Shown in pieces: positions 1 through 11,400 of a stretch of DNA of 64,000 bases (its first letter is position 1; every line of letters begins with the position of its first letter). Where the stretch lies: contig NIVC01000405.1 of NCBI GenBank assembly GCA_002269645.1, positions 62,001 through 126,000 of the forward strand, given 5' to 3'. Source of the stretch: Macrostomum lignano. Its lineage: Eukaryota. The position numbers and the translations under genes are program-made. The notes beneath the pieces were generated by a model. It worked only from the letters and a program-made list of their open reading frames with translations, was not told the origin of the DNA and searched no databases.

Positions 1-578
1 TCTCTTTACTCGGCCCTCAGGTCCTTTAAAACTTAACAATAGCAATCCGGCCTGCTCAGGGTTTGTGTCTCTTCTCAGCTCTCTTATCTCTCTCTCCCAT
101 CTTCTCTCCTCTCTCCCCTCCTCTCCTCTCTTCTCTCCCCTCTTCTCTCCCCTCTTCTCTCTTCTCTTTTCTCTCCTCTCTCCCGGGGCGTCTCCCCTCT
201 TCTCTCCCCTCTTCTCTCCTCTCCTCTCTCCCCTCTCCTCTCTTCTCTCCCCTCTTCTCTCCCCTCTTCTCTCCCCTCTTCTCTCCCATCTTCTCTCCTC
301 TCTCCCCTCCTCTCCTCTCTTCTCTCCCCTCTTCTCTCCTCTCTTCTCTCCTCCCTCCCCTCTCCTCTCTTCTCTCCCCTCTTCTCTCCCCTCTTCTCTT
401 CTCTCCTCTCTTCTCTCCTCTCTCCCCTCCTCTCCTCTCTTCTCTCCCCTCTTCTCTCCTTTATCCCCTCTCCCCTCTTCTCTTCCCTATTCCCTCTTCC
501 CTCCCCTCTCCTCTCTTCTCTCTCCCCTCTTCTCTCCTCACCCCTTTCCTCTCTCCTCTCTGCCCTCTCCCCTCTTAA
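1..578 (+). mobile_element. 3' end of an interspersed (LINE-like) element followed by a CT-rich simple-repeat tail
   Basis: Bases 1-78 align at roughly 75% with 51662-51738 (CGGCCCTC.GGTCC...AGCAATCCG.CC.GCTCA..GTTTGTGTCTCTTCTCAG). Both copies run straight into a (CT)-rich tract. Confidence 0.5.
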
Positions 579-1479
579 GACATCAAGACATGGTACATTG
601 AGTTAAATACTTGCTGTTCATTCTTATCTCCATATGCTCCTGAGGTCGCAAACCTCCAGAAAGGAAAAGAAACTTCAGCTGCCACAATAAATTTAGGTAA
701 CACTGTGCAGACAAACTACTGAAGAAAAGAGTAGACGCTCTGTTTTTTTCACAACTTTAATAGCGAGTGTGACAGAAAAACTAGTATCTCTGCTTTAGTC
801 AACATCTACAGGTCCTTAATTAAGCTGCCACACTGTTAAAATTATGATAATTACGTACAACTGACTTTTTGACAACAAATTATATTTATAATATTCTCAA
901 CGCTCTATTAAAATCATATAAGCGCATGTACACCATTGATTGAAACATGTGCTTTAAAGTATTTACAAATCAAGTTAAGTGATTTAAATCACAGAAACGC
1001 TTGTTTAAACTACTTTTGTTAGTAGTCTGAACAAGCATAACTTTAGTGTAGTAATACTTTCACTTATCTAATTAACACACTCATTACCTCCTTACTCCAC
1101 TATACTTTAAAATTAAATTATTTATTTTTAATTCAATAATTGATTCCAATATAATTTTTATCAAAAATTAAAAAATGCTGCCACAAAAATATCGATATTT
1201 TCTTATCAACATCTATTGATTGTTTTGTTAAAATTTTTATTCAATATTTCAGCCTACGGATATGGAACATTAGGCTACAAAGGTGAAGAAAGTCATTCGA
1301 ATTTATAATATTGCTCTTTAGTTTTAATAAAAGGTGCTCCGTATGTGTGATTTTTAATGTAGCTTTCATCAATTAATGTAGTCTTTATACTAATCTTTAT
1401 TTTGCTCATTATTTCTTGCCTAATGTAATTCACTTTTTCGTGTTGTGCTGGTATAAAGTGTGGTGTGTCATGTATTGTA

Positions 1480-1545
1480 CGACAGACATACAGACAGACA
1501 GACACTAAAACAGACAGGCAGACAGACAGACAGACAGACACTAAA

Positions 1546-1592
<47 letters not shown>

Positions 1593-1632
1593 CTAAAACA
1601 GACAGACAGACAGACACTAAAACAGACAGAAA

Positions 1633-1724
<92 letters not shown>

Positions 1725-1847
1725 CTAAAACAGACAGAAAGACAGACAGACAGACAGACACTAAAACAGACAGGCAGGCATACAGACAGACAGAGAGACA
1801 GACACTAAAACAGACAGACAGACACTAAAACAGACAGAAAGACAGGC

Positions 1848-1936
<89 letters not shown>

Positions 1937-2085
1937 CTAAAACAGACAGACAGACAGACAGACACAGACAGACAGACAGACAGACACTAAAACAGACAGG
2001 CAGGCAGACAGACAGACAGAGAGACAGACAGACACTAAAACAGACAGACAGACAGACAGACACTAAAACAGACAGACAGACAGAC

Positions 2086-2116
<31 letters not shown>

Positions 2117-2240
2117 CTAAAACAGACAGGCAGGCAGACAGACAGACAGAGAGACAGACACTAAAACAGACAGACAGACAGACACTAAAACAGACAGACA
2201 GACACAGACAGACAGACAGACATGCAGATAGATGGACGGA
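1480..2240. repeat. (GACA)n microsatellite with recurrent CACTAAAA interruptions
   Basis: Direct inspection; explains the TDRQ/SVCL ORFs. Confidence 0.95.
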
Positions 2241-2564
2241 CAAAAGCAAATAGTAGTCATATAGATAAACAAATCATTGCATTAGTAGATAATATTATTT
2301 ACAAATATGTTTCAGCAATCATAATTCATCTAATTTTAACGTACTCTAACAGGTAAATAGATAAGCTACTTAGTTATGCTGTTAAAAGACTAACCATAAA
2401 GAAGCTGAGCACAAGTGTACTAACACAATAAAGAGAAACTGCTTCTTTTCAGACTTTTTAAGTATCCGTTACTAACAATCGATAGATTCTTTCGCTTTGT
2501 AAATCAATATAGAAAAGTACAAAGGAATGTACTTTTATTGGTTGTTTGCACTTTTACTCCGCAG

Positions 2565-3267
2565 CCGAGCTGGATAATTCGGACAGCGAAGAGCCGCTGC
2601 TACTGGAGTGGATCGGCTTGGTTAATGAAAGAAATCGACTGTGCCGCGAAGAGCTCTACCTGCTCAGACGGTTAGTTTTCTATGAGATGCGTTCTGCTAT
2701 TCTGTTTATTTTATTTATTATCGGACTTTGTTTAACTAAACTGCTTATATTGCCGATACAATTGACCGCAGATCCGAGGAGCGCGAATTGGAACTGCAGC
2801 ATTCTAGCATTGAATTCGATCTTCGCCGGGTCATGAGCAAACAAGGTTTGCGCAGTGATATTTCTGTATAGATAGATTGGTTAAATCACGCTTGTCTAGT
2901 GTTTTTTAGTTAGGGGCAGGGGTGCTGTGTGACATTGTCACACAACCGGCGAGAGGCATTACTGCCCGTTCTGCCGACTCCTCTGAGCAGGCACACACTC
3001 ACACAGGAGTGTACACCGGCCCTAACTTTATTTATCGTTAGGCATGTACATCTCACTGTGCTTTGGGGGTTGGTCCTCAAGGCCGTTTATTGCACGAGCA
3101 GAGCCAAGCCGAGATTCCAATTTAACCCCAAATTAATGTGACTGCACTTGGAATCGAGCCTGGGCCGCTCGCACATCGGAGCGTCTCGCTAAACCACTGG
3201 GGTCCATTTTTTATAGTTATTATTTTATTGACTGATAGATAGATAGATAGAAAGATAGATAGATAGG

Positions 3268-3319
<52 letters not shown>

Positions 3320-3324
3320 CAGAC

Positions 3325-3355
<31 letters not shown>

Positions 3356-3403
3356 CAGAAAGATAGATAAATAGATAAATAGATAGACAGACAGACAGAT
3401 AGG

Positions 3404-3435
<32 letters not shown>

Positions 3436-3508
3436 CAGACAGATAGATAGATAGATAGATAGATAGACAGAAAGATAGATAGATAGATAAATAGATAGAC
3501 AGACAGAC

Positions 3509-3539
<31 letters not shown>

Positions 3540-3576
3540 CAGACAGATAGATAGGTAGGTAGGTAGATAGATAGAC

Positions 3577-3626
<50 letters not shown>

Positions 3627-3692
3627 GTAGGTAGGTAGATAGATAGATAGATAGGTAGATAGATAGGTAGGTAGGTAGATAGATAGATAGAC

Positions 3693-3755
<63 letters not shown>

Positions 3756-4365
3756 CAGATAGGTAGATAGGTAGATAGATAGGTAGGTAGGTAGATAGAT
3801 AGATAGGTAGGTAGATAGATAGACAGATAGATAGATAGATAGACAGATAGATAGATAGATAGATAGACAGACAGATAGATAGACAGATAGATAGGTAGAT
3901 AGATAGGTAGATTCCAAAACTCAAATCCACTCACCGACCAATGCACTCGCAGAGGCCCTCAAAACCGAGTCAGACCGGGAGCTGGAACGCAGCCTGCTGG
4001 CTCAGCTCACCAACGTGGTGGATCGTCGAGCCCGCATCATCGACCTGATCGACGCCAGCCAGCGCGAGCAGGAGGAGCAGGAGCAGCTGCTGGCTGCCAC
4101 CCTGGCCAGCGCCAGCGCCTCCGTCCAGGAGCAGAAGATTGACAAAAGCAAAAAAGATAAGAAAAAGCAGAAGAAAGAGGAAAGAATATCAAAGTTATCT
4201 TCGATAAAATTGAAAAAGAAGCCAACGTCTCCAACTGAACAGGAGGCTGGAAACAATGATGAAGAGAAGCCCGACCAGCATCGTAAGCATCATCATCGCA
4301 AATTTAAGTTATTCTCCAGTGTCGGATGCGGCGGCAAGAACAAAGAGAAGAAAGATGAAGCTTAG
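2565..4365 (+). CDS. bMERB (Rab-binding, DUF3585) domain protein of the MICAL-like/EHBP1 family; 3' exons only
   Basis: Exons 2565-2670, 2772-2845, 3953-4365 with AG/GT sites and matching phases (2, 1). Joined peptide [96 protein letters not shown] fits the bMERB helices. The basic tail with KFKLF resembles MICAL-L C-termini. Upstream exons not located. Confidence 0.8.
2900..3205 (-). mobile_element. tRNA-derived SINE-like element
   Basis: Minus strand begins GGACCCCAGTGGTTTAGCG (box A-like) ... GGCTCGATTCC (box B-like), followed by a non-tRNA body. No intact cloverleaf or CCA end seen. The 3' boundary is approximate. Confidence 0.45.
3232..3912. repeat. (GATA)n/(GACA)n microsatellite in the last intron of the MICAL-like gene
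   Basis: Direct inspection; source of the IYLS ORFs. Confidence 0.95.
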
Positions 4366-4379
4366 ATGCTTGTCTTTGT

Positions 4380-4560
4380 AGTTAGTTTAACTACTGATTG
4401 TTACGAGCTCACTTGAAGGTCGTGGGTTCGAATTCTTAGATCAGTAAAAAAATTAAGCAGTGTACATTCTCTGTGCTTTGGGAGGTTGGCCATTAAAGCA
4501 TAGATGCTACGACAAGCTTCTAAGACCATCTTTCTTTATCAACCTGTAGGAGGGCTCTGT
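4380..4560 (+). mobile_element. Degenerate SINE-like relic in the 3' UTR
   Basis: Box B-like GGGTTCGAATTC near 4425. Followed by TGTACATTCTCTGTGCTTTGGGAGGTTGGCC, which resembles 3045-3075. Confidence 0.3.
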
Positions 4561-5419
4561 GTACTTTTATTACAGCATTACTTCATTAACTGCCATCTGG
4601 CATATAATCATATGTTTTATTATAAACCACAGTATTATTATTAACTCTATACTGTTGCATATGCTTTGCAACCATCACTGCTTAGAGCTTTGCTATTTTA
4701 TTTGAATTGTTAATCCTGATTCTCCGCTTTTTATTGATTTTTGACAGTTTTGGAATTTGGCATCGGCTCTGTGTGTATATGCTTTTTTATTGGTTTAACA
4801 GCTATTAACTTTTCTATCACGCTACTAACAGTAGCGAGAGGAAACTTGCTGGTTATTTTGTTGTTGTTGTTACAATATAGATAATTTTTACGCTTTGCTG
4901 CCTCTAGTTTGGCTACTGACCGGTAATATTACTGCTCAATTTTGCACGATTTGACAACTAATTAATGTGCCTTCTCAAATCCGCTTCTTGTTTGCTTTGC
5001 TTAAATGAACCTTTGATTAAGTGGTTTTATCAAGTATTTGACTATGTTGCTACTGAAAATAAATATAATTAGTTTTGCTTACCTAATAACTTTTTAATTA
5101 CTCTGCAAATGAAGTAGTATGTATCGCGTATTAAATATGTTGAATTGGCTCAATCTTGATTTTCATCATTTGTTTAAATTATGGGTCAGAATATTTATTT
5201 TTTATCATTTCTATTATACGCTCGTATAACTCGTTAACATGTTGGACTACTTAGTGAGTAGTGTAAATAGGATATAAATAGTTAAGTTTTCGTGATTCGT
5301 TAAAAAACAAAATTGATTTCCTGAATGTATGACTTCCACTTATTTCAGCCATAAAATGTTTGAATAATTTTAATGATGACAGAGATAATTTCCATATATC
5401 TCCGATCTTAAATTGCGCA

Positions 5420-8400
5420 ATGTTTCCTAAGTTCAATTTTCCCCAATTCTGGCCGGAAGACGACGGCCGGGGCCACTACTGTCGCAACTATTTGGCCTCG
5501 GACAGGTCGAAAGCGCCCGCTTTTGGCCAGGCTACCTACGCAGACTTGGGTCACATCGGCGGCCACGGCGAGTCTCTGACCCAGGTAAAGCTATGCCACA
5601 CTCCTGCCGATATGTATAGAAAATACACTTAAGTTGCCGATATGTACACTTTAGTAAAATACACTTTATTTCCGATATTAATTCAAAATACACCTCACTT
5701 GCGATATGTATCGAAGATGCACTTAACTTGCCGATATGTATCGAAAATACATCTAAAAATGCTAATATGTATAGAAAATATACAACTTACCGATATGTAT
5801 CGAAAAAATCTAAACATGTTAATAGGCATCAAAAATACACTTCACTGGCCGATATGTATCGAAAATACACTTAACTTGCCGATATGTATCGAAAGCCTGT
5901 TTTTTCAACCGCACCGGTAGGTTGCCAGTTTCGAACCGCTGCCCTACCGCCTTGTCGGCGCCCCAGTCTGTCTAAGCGCCGAACCGGTGCGCTTCGCCGG
6001 CTCCGGCTGGCCGTGCAGCCGGGAGCGCCACCGTCAGGTCCGACTGGCCTGCGTGGCCGCCTCCACAGCTGGCCGACACTTTGGCGGACGTCCGGCTGCG
6101 TCCAGTCTGACTGGAGTGGAGTCCGCCCGCGACCTACTCCGGGAGATGGCCGAGGCGACCAGTCTGGCCGACTTTCCGCTTGCCAGACTGGCTCGACTGC
6201 CGCTGCACATTACCCAGTTTTTGACTGCGACGCCACCGTCTGACGCCCAGGATGCTGATGCTGGTGAGACAGGGACGACTGCGGCTTTTGTACGAGCCGA
6301 TATGTATCGACAAACACTTTACTTTCCGATATGTATCGAAAGACGTTTCACTTGACGATATGTATCGACAAAACCTTTACTTGCCAATATGTATCGAAGA
6401 TGTTTCACTTGCCGATATGTATCAAAAGACGTTCACTTGCCGATATGTATCGACAAACACTACTTTCCGATATTTATCAAAAGACGTTTCACTTGACGAT
6501 ATGTATCGACAAACCCTTTACTTGCCGATATGTATCGAAAGACGTTTCACTTGAAGATACGAGTCACTTGACGTTTCACCTGACGTTTCACTTGACGCTC
6601 GTATGTATTGAAAAACCCTTACTTGCCTTACATACATGGCTATATGTATATATATGTAGCACAATTCAACCCTTAAGTAATAACTATCTTTAAGAAGTTT
6701 CCGTAAAATTAGTTCCATTCAAAATCTCCATATTTTGTCCATATTTTGTCGAACAAATCTACAGGCGTTGACGCACTCGGTATCGACCCATTGAATCCCG
6801 AGTCCTTGGCCGACCGCATGATCGGCGCGGTCTCTGGGCGTCACTGCGGCAGCGGCACAGTGTGGGCCTCAGCGACTGCCGGATCAGCTCAATCAGATTC
6901 TTTCCTTGTTGCCAACGCTTCCGGTGCCAACCTTGACACTTTGCGCGTGTCGACTCTCAAGCGCGATCGAATGAGCAAACGTCGAAGATTAAGTCGACGA
7001 CGTCAGTCTAGTAGCAGAAACGACGCCTCCTGGAGACTCGTTACTCGTTGGACCTCGGCGTCTTCGGTTACTAGTGGCAACGTCGGCGACAGTGGCGACG
7101 GACAGATCTACGAAATTGTGGGCGACGCTAAGGGCGACGGCGCCGGCGGACTCATGGTTGCTGTTAGGCGGAAAGACCGCTTTCAGGTGGGTGGGTGAGT
7201 GAGTGAGTGGTTAAATGAATGAGTGAGTAAGTGAATGAGTGAGTAAATCAATGAGTGAGTGAGTGAGTGAGAGTGAATGAATTAGTGAGTGAGAGTGAAT
7301 GAATGAGTGAGTAAGTGAGTGAGTGAGTGAGTGAGTGAGTGAGTGAGTGAGTAAGTGAGTGAGTGAGTGAGTGAGTGAGTGAGTGAGTGAGTGAGTAAGT
7401 GAGTGAGTGAGTGAGTGATAAATGAATCAATGAGTAAGGGAATGAATGAGTGAGTGAGGGAGTGAGTGAATGGGTGAGTCAGTGAATGGGTGAGTGAGTG
7501 AATGGGTGAGTGAGTGAATGGGTGAGTGAGTGAATGGGTGAGTGAGTGAATGGGTGAGTGAGTGAATGGGTGAGTGAGTGAATGGGTGAGTGAGTGAATG
7601 GGTGAGTGAGTGAATGGGTGAGTGAGTGAATGGGTGAGTGAGTGAATGGGTGTGTGATAAATAGGCAATTAGATAATAGCATGCACGGTGAGCAATTATT
7701 TAGGCCCTAGACAAACCTACTTGGAGCGTTTGGAGATTTTAAAGCTATTAATCCTAATCGCCTATCGCCGGTCGGCGAGTCCTACCAGTCTTTCTCCAAT
7801 AGCCGCAGGTACAGTACAAGAAAATAAAGAACACGAGGGAACACAAACCGGAAGATTTAGAGAGTGATGATCCTACGTGATACAACTGATAATTGGCTAG
7901 ACGATTTAATTTGATTATTCAAGCTACAGGATTCAAGCAATTTCGCGGCGCAGATAATTAGACTGATGATAACGAATAGTAACGATTAATAATAATGATT
8001 ATATTACGCACTGACAAGCGGATCTCAGCTTGAAGAAGAAGAAGGAGGCACCGAACACAGGACCACGGAGAAGACTCCTAACCCCTGGCCTAAGCCAGAA
8101 CCTACTCTCAAACGAGAGCCCTGCCGAACCGACCGTTCAACGGAGTACCGACTAAATTCTATCGGCACTGCCCTTCAGTGTAACACTGAGGCCCTCGGGG
8201 TCGAGGCCGCGTACTTGATCAGATCCGACAGTCTCTACATGTATCTAACCGCGCTTGATAGCGACGACTTCAGACAGGAATTTGCCGTAGACGTTACGCC
8301 ACAAGACTAAAGCGGTTGGGCGGGAACAAAAATATGGACCGGGGGTGATGAATTCAGAACGCCTCAAAGCGCGAACCAAAGGGAAACAGCTAGGCCACCG

Positions 8401-11400
8401 GCCGGGAAGCAAGACAAGACAAAACCGGGGAAGAGAGGAGAGAAGGAGAGAAGGCGAGATCCGATTGCCAAAACACACTTTCATATATAGTCAAAGTCAC
8501 AACCCCTCAAAACCCCCCTCAAGCCGGGTGGTGGTCGTCTGGCCGGCCGCTTGCTTAAGCCGAATTGCACTGTACCCGCGGCGCCGGGTAGAATTGAAAC
8601 TTGCCGCGTGCCAGGGTCCAGGCCGGTTCTGATTGGCTGGCCGCGCAAAGCTAGGGTTCGCAGACAAAACTCAACCCTCCGCTGAGTCACAAATGGCGTC
8701 TAACTCTAACCTGTTTACGCAAAATTGATTCTAACTAACAAGGAAAAAGTACACCAAAAACGTATGACTAAACTAAAGCAAAATAACAATTCAATAACAA
8801 TAATGCAAAACCTAACTAATAGAATACAAGGCTATCGCAAAAGATGCTCACACTACAGGTGAGTCAGTGAATGGTTGAGTGAGTAAATGAATGAATGATT
8901 GAGTGAATGAATGAGTGGGTGAGTAAATGAATGAGTGTATGAGTAAGTGAATAAGTGAGTAAATCAATGAGTGAGTGAGTGATTGAGTGAGTGAGTGAGT
9001 GAGTGAGTGAGTGAGTGAGTGAGTGAGTGAGTGAGTGAGTGAGTGAGTGAGTAAGTAAGTAAGTGAGTGAGTGAGTAAGTAAGTGAGTGAGTGAGTGAGT
9101 GAGTGAGTGAGTGAGTGAGTGAATGGGTGAATGAATGAGTGAATGAGTGAGTTAATGAGTGAGTGAGTAAGTCAGCGAGTGAAAACGTGAATGAGTAAGT
9201 GAGTTATCTGATGGGTAGCTTCATAAGTGAATCGATTAGTGCGCTCTTACAACATATAAACTAAATAATAAATAAAAACTAGCACTGTTGTAACATCTCT
9301 ATCACATCTCTAGCTAGCTACTAAGAATAAGGATAATAGCAAATAATAGCAAAACTCGATCATCCGCAGCTGTTCCGCTCAGCCGCCATCGATGCAGCTG
9401 AACCCGCCATCGTATCGCCGATCGCAGAATCTTCACCAGCCTCAACAACAAGCTCGTCAATAAGATTGCTATCGACTTCGCTGAATCCTCACATACCTGG
9501 CGAAGTGGTTACTATGGACTCCAATCTGGTTGCTAAGCTGTGGGATACTCGCGGATTCGCAACCACCAGCGCCGCTTGTCGATGGAGCCGGCAGTTTCCA
9601 GCAGATCAGCTGGCTCCGTGGGCGCCAGGAGAAGCCTGGGCCAGCGCCAGCATCGGCGCCCATCATCGCAGCCTGATCTGCGTGGGCGGCCGCCTTGCCG
9701 AGCTCAGCGATCTGCGGTCGCCTCCGACAGCTGCCGCTGGCGTCCGGCTGCTTGAACTGCCGTCGGGCAAGTCGCCTGAGCGGCTTCGCTGTCGAGTCAG
9801 TGTGGGTCCGCACGGGCATCTGATCGGGTCGGAGGGCAACCTGAGACTTGTGGACGATAGAATGACAGGCAACCGGTGTTTGCTGCACACCAGGTGTCCG
9901 TTGCATGGGGCGCCCACCTTTGCCAGATGGCTGTCCGAGCCCAGCGAACTGCTGCTGCTTGGTGCTCAGGTGAGTCAGGCTGGAGTGATTCTCTGATTGG
10001 TCAGGCTGGAGTGGTTCTCTGATTGGTCAGGCTAGAGTGATTCTCTGATTGGTCAGGTGAGTGATTCTCTGATTGGTCAGGCTGGAGTGATTCTCTGATT
10101 GGTCAGGCTGGAGTGATTCTCTGATTGGTCAGGCTGGAGTGATTCTCTGATTGGTCAGGCTGGAGTGATTCTCTGATTGGTCAGGTGAGTGATTCTCTGA
10201 TTGGTCAGGCTGGAGTGATTCTCTGATTGGTCAGGCTGGAGTGATTCTCTGATTGGTCAGGCTGGAGTGGTTCTCTGATTGGTCAGGTGAGTGATTCTCT
10301 GATTGGTCAGGCTGGAGTGATTCTCTGATTGGTCAGGCTGGAGTGATTCTCTGATTGGTCAGGCTGGAGTGATTCTCTGATTGGTCAGGTGAGTGATTCT
10401 CTGATTGGTCAGGCTGGACTGATTCTCTGATTGGTCAGGCTGGAGTGATTCTCTGATTGGTCAGGCTGGAGTGATTCTCTGATTGGTCAGGCTGGAGTGA
10501 TTCTCTGATTGGTCAGGTGAGTGATTCTCTGATTGGTCAGGCTGGAGTGATTCTCTGATTGGTCAGGCTGGAGTGATTCTCTGATTGGTCAGGCTGGAGT
10601 GGTTCTCTGATTGGTCAGGTGAGTGATTCTCTGATTGGTCAGGCTGGAGTGATTCTCTGATTGGTCAGGCTGGAGTGATTCTCTGATTGGTCAGGCTGGA
10701 GTGATTCTCTGATTGGTCAGGTGAGTGATTCTCTGATTGGTCAGGCTGGAGTGATTCTCTGATTGGTCAGGCTGGAGTGATTCTCTGATTGGTCAGGCTG
10801 GAGTGATTCTCTGATTGGTCAGGCTGGAGTGATTCTCTGATTGGTCAGGTGAGTGATTTTCTGATTGGTCAGGTGAGTGATTCTCTGATTGGTCAGGTGA
10901 GTGATTCTCTAATTGGTCAGGTGAGTGATTCTCTGATTGTTCAGGTGAGTGATTCTCTGATTGGTCAGGTGAGTGATTCTCTGATTGGTCAGGTGAGTGA
11001 TTCTCTGATTGGTCAGGTGAGTGATTCTCTGATTGTTCAGGTGAGTGATTCTCTGATTGATCAGGTGAGTGATTCTCTGATTGGTCAGGCTGGAGTGATT
11101 CTCTGATTGGTCAGGCTGGAGTGATTCTCTGATTGGTCAGGCTGGAGTGATTCTCTGATTGGTCAGGTGAGTGATTTTCTGATTGGTCAGGTGAGTGATT
11201 CTCTGATTGGTCAGGTGAGTGATTCTCTAATTGGTCAGGTGAGTGATTCTCTGATTGGTCAGGTGAGTGATTCTCTGATTGGTCAGGTGAGTGATTCTCT
11301 GATTGTTCAGGTGAGTGATTCTCTGATTGATCAGGTGAGTGATTCTCTGATTGGTCAGGCTGGAGTGATTCTCTGATTGGTCAGGTGAGTGATTCTCTGA

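Noticed and set aside
1253-1282. 30-nt phase-1 micro-exon candidate (YGYGTLGYK) for the MICAL-like gene
   Set aside because: Splice sites and phase fit, but the peptide does not resemble bMERB and the donor is weak. Unsupported without RNA data.
3140-3205. Functional tRNA gene
   Set aside because: Box A and B-like motifs are present, but there is no convincing cloverleaf or poly-T terminator. Treated as a SINE head.
5605-6600. CRISPR-like array (palindromic repeat plus variable spacers)
   Set aside because: The spacers are short, mutually homologous degenerate linkers. The context is spliceosomal introns and there are no cas genes.
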